64,000 bases of DNA from Mustelus asterias (Eukaryota), in NCBI RefSeq assembly GCF_964213995.1, contig NW_027590139.1, positions 1,054,001 through 1,118,000 of the forward strand, given 5' to 3'. Shown here one piece after another: positions 1 to 12,405 of this stretch. The notes beneath the pieces are model-generated. The model was given only the letters and a program-made list of their open reading frames with translations, ran no database searches and was not told the DNA's origin. The position numbers were made by a program, and so were the translations under genes. The stretch's first letter is position 1; each line of letters opens with the position of its first letter.

Positions 1-1315
1 CTCAGCAGATTGGCTGACCGAGCAAATCTCTTCCCACATACGGAGCAGGTGAACGATCTCTCTCCCGTGTGAACCTGCTGGTGTCTCAGCAGGTGGGATG
101 ACTGAGTGAACCTTTTCCCACACATGGAGCAGGTGAATGATCTCTCCCCAGTGTGAATTTGCTGGTGTCTCAGCAGGTCCTTCGTGCTTTTAAAGCTCTT
201 CTCACAGTCAGAACATTTAAAAGGTCTCTGATCAGTGTGGACCAGTTGATGTGCAATGAGCTGGGGTGGCTGAGTGAATCGTTTCCCACATGTGGAGCAA
301 GTGAAGGGTTTCTCCCCAGTGTGAATTCGCTCGTGTATCAGAAGCTGGGCTGAATCAGTGAATCCCTTCCCACACACACAGTGCAAATGAATGGCTTCTC
401 CCCGGTGTGAACTCGCTGGTGTCTCAGACAGTGGGATGAATGGGTGAATCCCATCCCACACACCGAGCAGGTGAACGGTTTCTCCCCGGTGTGAACTCGC
501 TGGTGTCTCAGACGGTGGGATGAATGGGTGAATCCCATCCCACACACCGAGCAGGTGAACGGTTTCTCCCCAGTGTGAACTCGCTGGTGTCTCAGACAGT
601 GGGATGAATGGGTGAATCCCATCCCACACACCGAGCAGGTGAACGGTTTCTCCCCAGTGTGAACTCGCTGGTGTGTCACCAAATCCTGTTTACTTTTAAA
701 GCTCTTCTCACAGTCAGAACACTGAAATGGTCTCTTATCAGAGTGAACTCGCTGGTGTGTTTGCAGCTGGGATAAACGTCCGAATCTCCTCTCACATACG
801 GAGCAGGTGAATGGCTTCTCCCCAGTGTGAGTGCGCTGATGGACTTGTAAATCATTTTTACTTTTAAATCTCTTCTCACAGTCAGAACACTGAAATGGTC
901 TCCGATCAGTGTGAACAAGTTGGTGTGTCAGAAGGTGGGATGACTGAGTGAATCCCTTCCCACACACTGAGCAGGTGAACGGTCTCACCGCCATGTGAGT
1001 GCGCTGGTGTCTCAGGAGGTCCTTTGTGCTTTTAAAGCTTTTCTCACAATCAGAACACTGAAACAGTCTCTGATCGGAGTGAACCTCCCGGTGAATCAGG
1101 AGGCTTGATAAAGCATGACATCCCCTCCCACATTCGAGGCAGGTGAACGGCCTCTCACCAGTGTGAACACGCCGGTGTGTATAGAGGCTGGATGAGTAAG
1201 CAAATCCTTTCCCACACTCAGAGCAGGTGAACGGCCTCTCTCCAGTGTGAATGCGACGATGAATATCCAATTCGGACGGGTAATTGAATCCCCTCCCACA
1301 GTCCACACATTTCAA
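1..1315 (-). pseudogene. C2H2 zinc-finger gene A (Kruppel-type array, runs off window left), probably disrupted
   Basis: ORF 338..1315 has CxxC-x12-HxxxH repeats with TGEKP/TGERP linkers. An extra GT in a (GT)n run at ~371-380 shifts the frame, and the fingers continue to base 1 in another frame. The family start (ACC ATG GAG) is AGC ACA GAG here. Confidence 0.8.
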
Positions 1316-1914
1316 TGGTTTCTCTGTGCTGCGGGTGTCCTCATGTGACTCCAGGTTGGATGATGAGTTGAAGCCTCGTTTACACAGAATATGTGTCGGG
1401 TCACTACTCAGTTAGAATGATGTGATTATTTTTCAGACTTGTTAAACCACTTTCCACATTCAGCACATTGGAAACTCTCAGGTGTGTTTGTGTGTCTAGG
1501 TGCTTTTTCAGTCACACTGATGTTTGAAATCTTTGCCCGCAGACAGAATGAACATTTCTCCTTCTGTAGACAAAGGCTGATGATATTCAGTTTCTGATGA
1601 ATCAAATCACTGAAACAGATCTTGATGTGAAGTTTGGTTTGAGTTTCACATCTGTAAATCCTGCTTCATAATACCCTGCAAAAACAGTTTACAAATACCA
1701 TCACTGTCAGTGCAGGATAGAAATTCTGAACAGACAATTCATAGTTTCTCTGGAACATATTTTCCTCTCTTGTTCCCCCAAATCTATAAATCCCCGTCCC
1801 ACACACTCTACCTCCTCCCCTGGACTGAAATCCAAACCCATCTCAACATCTCCACCATTTCTTCCCTCCACTCCCAGTTTTCTCCCTCCCTCTCCTCTGT
1901 CTGGGTTCAGTTCT

Positions 1915-2199
1915 TGATGTGGAAATCTCACTAACTGTCCTGGCTGGAGACAGTACACATCTCTTTAACCAGTGCTTAACCCTCTCTCCACTCACATTGT
2001 CTGTACCTTTAAGACTTGATTGCCTGTAAAGACTCACATTCCAACCATTATCTTGTAAATTGAGTTTGTGTCAATATATATGCCCCGTTTATGAACACAA
2101 GTCCGACTCACCTGATGAAGGAGCAGTGATCCGAAAGCGAGTGGCTTTTGCTACCAAATAAGCCTGTTGGTCTTTAACCTGGCGTTGTGAGACTTCTTA
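1915..2199 (+). mobile_element. Penelope-like pseudo-LTR fragment with mutated hammerhead motif
   Basis: Homologous to the pLTR at ~30670-30945. Flanked by the 14-bp direct repeat CTGGGTTCAGTTCT (1901-1914 and 2200-2213). Absent at the paralogous sites ~36068 and ~51092. Confidence 0.8.
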
Positions 2200-2599
2200 C
2201 TGGGTTCAGTTCTCCAGCTGCTGTCTGCAGACTGACAATAAAACCAATGGGTCTTATTGGGGGTGTTGGGGCCTCCAGCGGGTGTTTGTGAATCCTCCCC
2301 GCCCACCTCCCAGGGTTTCCTTCCTTCCCAGAGATCAGAGTCCTCATTGATTTGAGGCCAAAGTGTAACCTCTTATTTATTGTCCCCCTCCCCCATCCTC
2401 TGATGTGAACCATCCTCCAGTGGCTGAGCCAGGATGGGGCCGTTAACCTGGGCCTGTTCCCGGGAGGGAGGGAGGGAGGGAGAAGCCCCGCAGCTGCAAA
2501 CCAGGGAGCTGACAATGATTCTGAAGGGTTTGCGGATCCACAAAGTGTTTCCAAATCCTCCCAGCCACCGCCTAACGCTGACTCCGCTTCTCCGGGACA

Positions 2600-3497
2600 A
2601 ACAAGCGCCAAGGACAGCAATGACACTGCGCATGCTCCACATCACAATGCCCGGGGACTGATTGACGGCAGCTCCGGACCGATAGGAGGAGGGGGCGGGA
2701 CTGGCCGACCGAGCCGGAGCGGCTGATCCTCCAACCAATCGGAGTGAATGAGAGGCGGGACCTGAAGCATGCGCAGTGCGGGTAATGGCGACGGGTAGAC
2801 GGGCGGTTTTAATTTGGAGGCGAGATCAATCCGAGGTAGGGGGCGGCGCGCGGGGAATGATAAATGTGGCGAGTGGGTGGAGAGACTTTGTAAACATGTT
2901 GTTCAAACCCAGACCCCGGAAATGAACTTCCCGGTTCCCCCCCTTTGTACCAAATGGAGCGGCAGCTTGTAGTGTTAGACCCGGGCTGACTGCCGCCATT
3001 GAGGCTGCATGTGGGAGGCCGGCAGGGATTGTGATCGGAGAGTGAAGCCCTGACGTCACAATGGAATGGGTGAGGGTGTGAGGTCACAATGGAATGGGTG
3101 AGGGTGTGACATCACAATGGAATGGGTGAGTGTGTGACGTCACAATGGAATGTGATCGGAGAGCGAAATTTCACTCTGAAGCTCATTGGACAACTTCCGC
3201 ATTGTGACGCTACGATAGAACCCTGCCTGAATCAGCCAATAGGAATCACTGCGCTCCGCGGTGATGTCTCCGGGTTCCATGGTGCAGGCCCGGGCGTGCG
3301 GACCCGGGAGCCCTGCCCCCACCCATTGTTCCCCTCCCCCTACACCACATCGAGCCAAGGTTTCCAGGCAACCGGCTGACGGCTCTGGCCAGAGCGAGAA
3401 GCCGCTCGGTGATCTCCCCCTCCCCCCGCCCGGGACTGCAAAATGTGCGAGGGAGAGGGGAAGCTGTGCATATGCGGGGGAGAACCCACCCTCTGAA
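2600..3497. promoter_or_regulatory. CpG-island divergent promoter region between ZNF A (-) and ZNF B (+)
   Basis: CpG-rich. NRF1-like TGCGCATGC (~2627, ~2767), GC boxes, CCAAT boxes (~2735, ~3236), ETS-like CCGGAA/CTTCCG, YY1-like GCCGCCATT (~2992), CRE repeats. Lies between head-to-head ZNF genes. Confidence 0.75.
3051..3152 (+). repeat. 28-bp minisatellite TGACGTCACAATGGAATGGGTGAGGGTG, ~4 units
   Basis: Read directly. Units start at 3051, 3079, 3107 and 3135. Confidence 0.9.
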
Positions 3498-3949
3498 TGA
3501 GAGAGGAAAGAATGTTCCATAGAAATTGTCTGTTCTGAATTTCTATCCTGTACTGACACTGATGACTTTTGGAAACTCATTTTCCAGGATATTGAAAGAG
3601 GAATCACAGGCTGAAATCTCAAACGTCACGTCTAGATCTGACAGAGTCATATTCCTTGGGACCTCAATATCATCGGACTTTGAATCCAGAAGGAGAAATG
3701 ATTGTCCAGTCTGTCGATTTGAAAAGATTTGAAATGTCAGTGTGAGTGAAAAAGCGTCAACACACTGCCACACTCGAGTGAGTGTGTTCCAATGCACTGA
3801 CTAAAGAGCTTTAACCAATTACACAGTCTGAATAAATATCACACCATTCACAGCAGGTGGAGACTGTAATCTTGTTCTGTGTGTGGACGAAGTTTCAACT
3901 AATTGTCCACTCAAGAGTGAGGTAAGGACACCTGCACCATGGCGAAACC

Positions 3950-6295
3950 ATGGAAATGTGCGGACTGTGGGAAGGGTACCGAACCCCATCAGAGCTGGAA
4001 GCTCATCGGCGCAGCCACACTGGGGAGAGGCCGTTCATCTGCTCTCAATGTGGGAAGGGATTCAGTCAGTTATCCAACCTGCAGAGACACCAGCGAGTTC
4101 ACACTGGGGAGAGGCCGTTCACCTGCTCTCAATGTGGGGAGGGATTCACTCAGTCATCCCACCTGCAGAGACACCAGCGAGTTCACACTGGGGAGAGGCC
4201 CTTCACCTGCTCTCAGTGTGGGAAGGGATTCACTCGGATATCCAGCCTGCAGAGACACCAGCGAGTTCACACTGGAGAGAGGCCGTTCACTTGCTCTCAG
4301 TGTGAGAAGGAATTCACTTATTTATCCAGCCTGCAGACACACCAGCGAGTTCACACTGGGGAGAGGCCATTCACCTGCTCTCAGTGTGGGGAGGGATTCA
4401 CTCGGTCATCCCGCCTGCAGTCACACCAGCGAGTTCACACTGGAGAGAGGCCGTTCACCTGTTCTCAATGTGGGGAGGGATTCACTCAGTCATCCCACCT
4501 GCAGAGACACCAGCGAGTTCACACTGGAGAGAGGCCGTTCACTTGCTCTCAGTGTGAGAAGGAATTCACTTATTTATCCAGCCTGCAGACACACCAGCGA
4601 GTTCACACTGGGGAGAGGCCATTCACCTGCTCTCAGTGTGGGGAGGGATTCACTCGGTCATCCCGCCTGCAGTCACACCAGCGAGTTCACACTGGAGAGA
4701 GGCCGTTCACCTGTTCTCAATGTGGGGAGGGATTCACTCAGTCATCCCACCTGCAGAGACACCAGCGAGTTCACACTGGAGAGAGGCCGTTCACTTGCTC
4801 TCAGTGTGAGAAGGAATTCACTCATTTATCCAGCCTGCAGATACACCAGCGAGTTCACACTGGGGAGAGGCCGTTCACCTGCTCTCAGTGTGGGGATGGA
4901 TTCACTCAGTCATCCCGCCTGCAGAGACACCAGCGAGTTCACACTGGAGAGAGGCCATTTACCTGCTCTCAGTGTGGTAAGAGGTTCACTCAGTTATCCA
5001 GCCTGCAGAGACACCAGCGAGTTCACACTGGGGAGAGGCCATTCACCTGCTCTCAGTGTGGGAAGGGATTCATTCAGTTATCCGAGCTGCGGACACACCA
5101 GCGAGTTCATACAGGGGAGAGGCCATTCACTTGCTCTCAGTGTGGGGAGGGATTCACTCGGTCATCCAGCCTGCTGACACACCAGCGAATTCACACTGGG
5201 GAGAGGCCGTTCACCTGCTCTCAGTGTGGGAAGGGATTCAATCAGTTATCCAACCTGCAGGCACACCAGCGAGTTCACACTGGGGAGAGGCCGTTCACCT
5301 GCTCTCAGTGTGGGAAGGGATTCACTCGGTCATCCGACCTGCGGGCACACCAGCGAGTTCACACTGGGGAGAAGCCCCCATTCACCTGCTCTCAGTGTGG
5401 GAAGGGATTCACTCGGTCATCCCACCTGCAGAGACATCAGCGAGTTCACACTGGGGAGAGACCGTTCACCTGCTCTCAATGTGAGAAGGGATTCACTCTG
5501 TCATCCCACTTGCAGACACATCAGCGAGTTCACACCGGAGAGAGACCATTCACCTGCTCTCAGTGTGCGAAGGGATTCATTCAGTTATCCAGCCTGCAGA
5601 GACACCAGCGAGTTCACACTGGAGAGAGGCCGTTCACCTGCTCTCAGTGTGGGAAGGGATTCACTCAGTTATCCAGCCTGCAGACACACCAGCGAGTTCA
5701 CACTGGGGAAAGGCCGTTCACCTGCTCTCAGTGTGGGAAGGGATTCACTCGGTCAACCCATCTGCGGACACACCAGCGGGTTCACACTGGAGAGAGACCG
5801 TTCACCTGCCCTCAGTGTGGGAAGGGATTCACTCGGTTATCCAGCCTGCAGACACACCAGCGAGTTCACACTGGGGAGAGACCATTCACCTGCTCTCAGT
5901 GTGGGAAGGGATTCACTCGGTCATCCGACCTGCGGACACACCAGCGGGTTCACACAGGGGAGAAACCATTCACCTGCTCTCAGTGTGGGCAGGGATTCAC
6001 TCAGTCATCCAGCCTGCGGGCACACCAGCGAGTTCACACAGGGGAGAGGCCGTTCACCTGCTCTCAGTGTGGGAAGGGATTCACTCAGCTTTCCAACCTG
6101 CAAACACACCAGCGAGTTCACACTGGGGAGAGGCCGTTCACCTGCTCTCAGTGCGGGCAAGAATTCACTCAGTTATCCAACCTGCAGACGCACGAGCGAG
6201 TTCACACTGGGGAGAGGCCGTTCACCTGCTCTCTGTGTGGGAAGGGTTTCAGCGTTTCATCCCGGCTGCTGAGGCACCAGCAAGTTCACGAGTGA
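3950..6295 (+). CDS. C2H2 zinc-finger protein B, 27 tandem fingers (781 aa), first finger lost to a frameshift
   Basis: Uninterrupted ORF of 84-bp finger repeats. The family ATG at 3939 ([13 protein letters not shown]) is out of frame because of a 1-nt loss at ~3976, and an in-frame ATG exists at 3950. Confidence 0.8.
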   Translation: MEMCGLWEGYRTPSELEAHRRSHTGERPFICSQCGKGFSQLSNLQRHQRVHTGERPFTCSQCGEGFTQSSHLQRHQRVHTGERPFTCSQCGKGFTRISSLQRHQRVHTGERPFTCSQCEKEFTYLSSLQTHQRVHTGERPFTCSQCGEGFTRSSRLQSHQRVHTGERPFTCSQCGEGFTQSSHLQRHQRVHTGERPFTCSQCEKEFTYLSSLQTHQRVHTGERPFTCSQCGEGFTRSSRLQSHQRVHTGERPFTCSQCGEGFTQSSHLQRHQRVHTGERPFTCSQCEKEFTHLSSLQIHQRVHTGERPFTCSQCGDGFTQSSRLQRHQRVHTGERPFTCSQCGKRFTQLSSLQRHQRVHTGERPFTCSQCGKGFIQLSELRTHQRVHTGERPFTCSQCGEGFTRSSSLLTHQRIHTGERPFTCSQCGKGFNQLSNLQAHQRVHTGERPFTCSQCGKGFTRSSDLRAHQRVHTGEKPPFTCSQCGKGFTRSSHLQRHQRVHTGERPFTCSQCEKGFTLSSHLQTHQRVHTGERPFTCSQCAKGFIQLSSLQRHQRVHTGERPFTCSQCGKGFTQLSSLQTHQRVHTGERPFTCSQCGKGFTRSTHLRTHQRVHTGERPFTCPQCGKGFTRLSSLQTHQRVHTGERPFTCSQCGKGFTRSSDLRTHQRVHTGEKPFTCSQCGQGFTQSSSLRAHQRVHTGERPFTCSQCGKGFTQLSNLQTHQRVHTGERPFTCSQCGQEFTQLSNLQTHERVHTGERPFTCSLCGKGFSVSSRLLRHQQVHE

Positions 6296-6529
6296 TTCCA
6301 GAGGTTGGATTCTGCTGTTATTGTTCCTGCTCTCAATTACATCCAGGATTGCATTTTGTTCATTCTCACAGTTGATCAATGGGGAGGGTCAGAGGGTTTC
6401 TTTGTGCTGGACTGGCTGGTCTCAGCCTCCAGTGGGTTGATGCTCTTTGAGTCTTTTTGCAAATACCTGGTTTCAAATGTCACAAGGATCACAGAGTGAC
6501 AGGGTGTTAGGAAGTTTAGAGATATTTAG

Positions 6530-7595
6530 TCAGAAGAAAACAGAGGTTGGCAGTGCAAAGGTACCTTTCTGAATGGAGGGCTGTGACAAGTGACATTCCG
6601 CAGGGATCAGTGCTGGGACTTTTGCTGTTTGTAATATATATAAATGATTTGGAGGAAAATGTAACTGGTTTGATTGGTAAGTTTGTGGACGACACAAACG
6701 TTGGTGGAATTGCGGATAGCGATGGGGAACGGCAAAGGGTACAGCAGGATATAGAGCAGTTGGAGAATTGGGCGGAGAGATGGCAGATGAAGTTTAATCC
6801 GGACAAATGTGAGGTAATGCATTTTGGAAGGTCTAATACAGAATGGAAATATACAGTAAATGGCAGAACCCTTAAGAGCATTCATAGGCAGAGGGATCTC
6901 GGTGTACAGGTACACAGGTCATTGAAAGTGGTAATGCAGGTGGAGAAGGTAGTCAAGAAAGCATATGGCATGCTTGCCTTCATCGGCCGGGGCATTGAGT
7001 TTAAAAATTGGCAAGTCATGTTGCAGCTTTATAGAACCTTAGTTTGACCGCACTTGGAATCTAGTGTTCAATTCTGGTCACCACACTACCCGAAGAATGT
7101 GGAGGCTTTGGAGAGGGTACGGAAAATATTTATCAGGATGTTGCCTGGTGTGGAGGGCATTAGCTATGAGGAGAGTTTGGAGAAACCTGGTCTGTTCTCA
7201 CTGGAACGACGGAGGTTGAGGGGAGACCTGATAGAAGTCTCCAAGATTATGAGGGGCATGGACAGAGTGGATAGTCAGAAGCTTTTTCCCAGAGTGGAAG
7301 AGTCAGTTACTGGGGGGCATAGGTTTAAGGTGCGAGGGGCAAGGTTTAAAGGAGATGTACAAGGCAGGTTTTTTACACAGAGGTGCCTGGAACTCGTTGC
7401 CGGGGAAGGTAGTGGAAGCAGATACGATAGTGACTTTTAAGATGTGTCTTGACAAATATATGAATAGCATAGGAATAGAGGGATATGGTCCCGGAAAGGT
7501 AGGGGGTTTTAGTTCAGACGGGCAGCATGGTTGCTGCAGGCTTGGAGGGCCAAAGGGCTTGTTTCTGTGCTGTAATTTTCTTTGTTCTTCGTTCT
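6530..7595 (+). mobile_element. CR1/HER1-like LINE, 5'-truncated (RT C-terminus and 3'UTR)
   Basis: [23 protein letters not shown] and RGDLIEV motifs, with frameshifts and stops. Confidence 0.9.
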
Positions 7596-8387
7596 GTTTG
7601 GAACATCCCAAATGCCCATCCAATTTCCTTTTTAATTGTTTATTGTCTCCACTTCCTCCACCCTCATAGACAGCGAGTTTCAGGTCATTACCATTCACTG
7701 CATCAGAATATTCTTCCTCACATCTCCCCCCTCAATTCCCCCCCCACCCCACTGCCCCCCCCCCCCCAGCCCCCCACTCCCCCCTCCCTTGCATCTCTAA
7801 CCCAAAACAATAAATCTGTGTCCCCCCTCGTCCTTGTTCCATCAGCTAATGGGAACAGCTTTTCTTTGTCCACCTTATCTAAACCTGTCAGAATCTTGTC
7901 CCCCATCTATCAAATCTCCCCTCAACCTCCTTTGCTCCAAGGAAAACAACCCCAGCCTGACATTGACAATAAAGAACAAACTAACAGAATATGTTACTGT
8001 CTGAAATCAAATGGGAATGTTTAATTTCTGTTTGAAAGATATTGTGAATGTATTGTCCTGGACAATAAAGGAATTGGAATAACACACCTTGGGTGTGGTT
8101 GAATGGAATATATCAATCTGATATTCACCTACAGTCCAGTGAAAGTCTGGAATATGTAGCTGGAAGTCCCTTCCTAACAGCAATGTGGGTGTACGTACAC
8201 CTCAGGCATTGCAGCAGTTCAGGAAGGCACCCTTGGGGTTGGGGTTGACCACGGCCAAGGCAGCTCCATACAGCCACATATTCTGTTATAATTGAAGGAC
8301 TGCAGATTGAATGTGAGGCATTGTGGGACTGGACTATCTTGACCACATTCCTGTGACTGCCCGGAAACTCATGTGTCTATTTTAAAG

Positions 8388-9898
8388 CACAAAGAACAAT
8401 AGAGCACAGGAACAGGCCCTTCGGCCCTCCAAGCCTGCGCTGATCATGTGTTCCTAACTAGACCATCCATTTGTATCCCTCTATTCCTAGTCGTTCATGT
8501 GGTTATCAAGATGAGTCTTAAATGTTTCTCGCGTGTCTGCCTCAACCACCTTGCTTGCTAGTGCACTCCAGGCCCCCACCACCCTCTGTGTAAAATACGT
8601 CCCCCGCATATCTGTATTGAACCTTGCCCCCCTTACCTTGAACTTGTGACCCCTTGTGTTTGTCATTGCTGACCTGGAAAAAAGCTTCCAACTGTTCACC
8701 CTATCTATGCCCTTCGTAATTTTGTAAACTTCTATTAGGTCGCCCCTCAACCTCCGTCTTTCCAGGGAGAACAACCCGAGTTTACTCAATCTCTCCTCAT
8801 AGCTAATACCCTCCATACCAGGCAACATCCTGGTAAACCTTTTCTGTACTCTCTCCAAAGTCTCCGCGTCCTTCTGGTAGTGTGGTGACCAGAACTGGAC
8901 ACAGTATTCCAAATGCGGCCGAACCAACGTTCCATATAACTGCAACACCATGTGCCAACTTTTATACTCTATGCCCCAATAAAGGCAAGCATGCCATATG
9001 CCTTCTTCACCACCTTTTCCACCTGTGCTGCCACCTTTAAGGATCGTGGACTTGCACACCCAGATCCCTCTGTGTGTCTATACTCCTGATGGTTCTGCCA
9101 TTTATTGTATAGCTCCCCCCTGCATTAGATCTACCAAAATGCATCACTTCACATTTATTTGGATTAAATTCCATCTGCCATTTCTCCACCCAATTTTCCA
9201 GCCTATCTATATCCTGCTGTATTCTCTGACAATGTTCATCACAATCCACAACTCCAGCAATCTTTGTGTCGTCCGCAAACTTACTGATCACACCAGCTAC
9301 ATCTTCCTCCAAATCATTTATATATATCACAAACAGCAGAGGTCCCAGTACAGAGCCCTGTAGAACACCGCTAGTCACAGACCTCCAATCAGAAAAAGAC
9401 CCCTCCACTGCTACCCTCTGTCTTCTATGGCTAAGCCAGTTCTGTACCCATCTAGCTGGTTCACCTTTGATCCCATGAGATTTAACCTTTTGCACCAGCC
9501 TTCCATGAGGGACGTTGTCAAACGCTTTACTAAAATCCATGTCGACGACATCCACGGCCCTTCCCTCGTCAGTCATTTTTGTCACCTCCTCAAAAAACTC
9601 AACCAAATTTATGAGGCATGACCTCCCTTGTACAAAACCATGTTGTCTATCGCTAATGAGATTATTCAGTTCTAAATGTGTATAGATCCTATCTCTAAGA
9701 ATCTTCTCCAACAATTTCCCTACCACGGACATCAAGTTCACTGGCCTATAATTACCCGGGTTATCCTTGCTACCCTTCTTAAATAACGGGACCACATTTG
9801 CTATCCTCCAATCCTCTGGGACCTCACCTGTGTCCAATGAAGAAACAAAGATTTTTGTGAGAGGCCCAGCAATTTCATCTCTTGTCTCTCTCAGTAAC
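8388..9898 (-). mobile_element. CR1-like LINE, 5'-truncated
   Basis: ORFs 8487..9059 and 9037..10167: PGNYRPV, DFSKAFD, QGSVLGP, FADDT. Confidence 0.9.
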
Positions 9899-9904
9899 TG
9901 GAAA

Positions 9905-11925
9905 CTTGATAAGGTGCCCCATGCAAGGCTTATTGAGAAAGTGAGGGGGCATGGGATCCAAGGGGACGTTGCTTTGTGGATCCAGAACTGGCTTGCCCAC
10001 AGAAGGCAAAGAGTGGTTATAGACGGGTCATATTCTGCATGGAGGTCGGTCACCAGTGGAGTGCCCCAGGGATCTGTTCTGGGACCCTTACTCTTTGTGA
10101 TTTTTATAAATGACCTGGATGAACAAAGAACAGTACAGCACAGGAAACAGGCCCTTCGGCCCTCCAAGCCTGTGCTGCTCCTTGGTCCAACTAGACCAAT
10201 CGTTTGTATCCCTCCATTCCCAGGCTGCTCATGTGACTATCCAGGTAAGTCTTAAACGATGTCAGCGTGCCTGCCTCCACCACCCTACTTGGCAGCGCAT
10301 TCCAGGCCCCCACCACCCTCTGTGTAAAAAACGTCCCTCTGATGTCTGAGTTATACTTCGCCCCTCTCAGCTTGAGCCCATGACCCCTCGTGATCGTCAC
10401 CTCCGACCTGGGAAAAAGCTTCCCACTGTTCACCCTATCTATACCCTTCATAATCTTGTACACCTCTATTAGATCTCCCCTCATTCTCTGTCTTTCCAAG
10501 GAGAACAACCCCAGTCTACCCAATCTCTCCTCATAGCTAAGACCCTCCATACCAGGCAACATCCTGGTAAACCTTCTCTGCACTCTCTCCAATGCCTCCA
10601 CGTCCTTCTGGTAGTGCGGCGTCCAGAACTGGACGCAGTACTCCAAATGTGGCCTAACCAGCGTTCTATACAGCTGCATCATCAGACTCCAGCTTTTATA
10701 CTCTATACCCCGTCCTATAAAGGCAAGCATACCATATGCCTTCTTCACCACCTTCTCCACCTGTGTTGCCACCTTCAAGGATTTGTGGACTTGCACACCT
10801 AGGTCCCTCTGTGTTTCTATACTCCTGATGACTCTGCCATTTATTGTATAACTCCTCCCTACATTATTTCTTCCAAAATGCATCACTTCGCATTTATCCG
10901 GATTAAATTCCATCTGCCACCTCTCCGCCCAATTTTCCAGCCTATCTATATCCTGCTGTATTGCCCGACAATGCTCTTCGCTATCCGCAATTCCATGAGG
11001 AAGTGAAAGGATGGGTTGGCAAGTTTGCTGATGACACAAAGGTTGGAGGTGTTGTGGATAGTGTGGAGAGATGTCAGAAGGTGCAGCGAGACATTGATAG
11101 GATGCAAGACTGGGTGGAGAAGTGGCAGATGGAGTTCAACCCAGATAAGTGTGAGGTGGTTCATTTGGCAGGTCAAATAGGATGGCGGAATATAATATTA
11201 ATGGTAGGACTCTTGGCAGAGTGGAAGATCAGAAAGATCTTGGGGTCAGAGTTCGTAAGACGCTCAAAGCAGCTGTGCAGGTTGAGGCTGTGGTTAAGAA
11301 GGTGGATGGTGTACTGGCCTTCATCAATCGAGGAATTGAGTTTAGGAGTCGTGAGATAATGTTGCAGCTATATAAGACCCTGGTCAGACCACACTTGGGG
11401 TACTGTGCTCAGTTCTGGTCGCCTCATTACAGAAGGATGTGGAAATCATAGAAAGGGTGCAGAGGAGATTTACAAGGATGTTGCCTGGATTAGGTGACAT
11501 GCCTTATGAGGATAGGTTGAGTGAGCTCAGTCTTTTCTCCTTGGAGACATGAAGGATGAGGGGTGACCTGATAGAGGTGTATAAGATGTTGAGAGGTATT
11601 GATCGAGTGGATAGTCAGAGGCTTTTTCCCAGGGCTGAAATGGTTGCCACAAGACCACACAGGTTTAAGGTGCTGGGGAGTAGGTACAGAGGAGATGTCA
11701 GGGGTAAGTTTTTCACTCAGAGGTTGGTGGGTGCGTGGAATGGGCTGCCAGCAACGGTGGTGGAGGCGGATTCGATTGGGTCTTTTAAGAGACTTTTAGA
11801 TAAGTACATGGAACTTAGTAAGATAGAGGGTTATAGGTAAGCCTAGTAATCGCTAAGGTAGGGACATGTTCGGCACAACTTTGTGGGCTGAAGGGCTGGT
11901 ATTGTGCTGTAGTTTTTCTGTGTTT
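9905..11925 (+). mobile_element. CR1-like LINE split by a nested opposite-strand CR1
   Basis: RT frame DKVPH...INDLDE stops at ~10122 and resumes as EEVKGWVGKFADDT at ~10997. Confidence 0.85.
10121..10995 (-). mobile_element. Younger nested CR1 3' fragment
   Basis: ORF 10191..11039 has an intact RT C-terminus. The 3' tail (ACAAAGAACAGTACAGCAC on +) is at ~10123. Confidence 0.9.
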
Positions 11926-12405
11926 CGATGAAGTCCCTTCCTAACAGCACTGTGGGTGTACGTACACCTCAGGCATTGCAGCAGTTCAAGAAGGCACCCT
12001 TGGGGTTGGGGTTGACCATGGCCAAGGCAGCTACATACAGCCACATATTCTGTTATAATTGAAGGACTGCAGATTGAATGTGAGGCATTGTGGGACTGGA
12101 CTATCTTGACCATATTCCTGAGACTGCCCGGAAACTCATGTGTCTATTTTAGTTTATAATTGAGGATTTCTGGGAATAAGTTAAATGTGGAAATATTAAG
12201 CATAGCCTGGAGGAATTTGGAATAACTGAGAATTTTATCCCCAGATAAAGAACAAAGATTTTGCCGGTGTTTGGGTGTAACGTGTTTGGGGTTTTAAATC
12301 AACAAAGATGTTATAGAACATAGAACAGTACAGCACAGAACAGACCCTATAATGGAATATACCAATCTGATATCCACCGACAGTCGAGTGAAAGTCTGGA
12401 ATATG

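Noticed and set aside
3883-6375. Long alternative-frame ORFs over the ZNF arrays (also 23261..24205 and 23397..24278) as separate genes
   Set aside because: Expected by-product of an 84-bp repeat unit lacking stops in the other sense frames. No independent evidence of coding.
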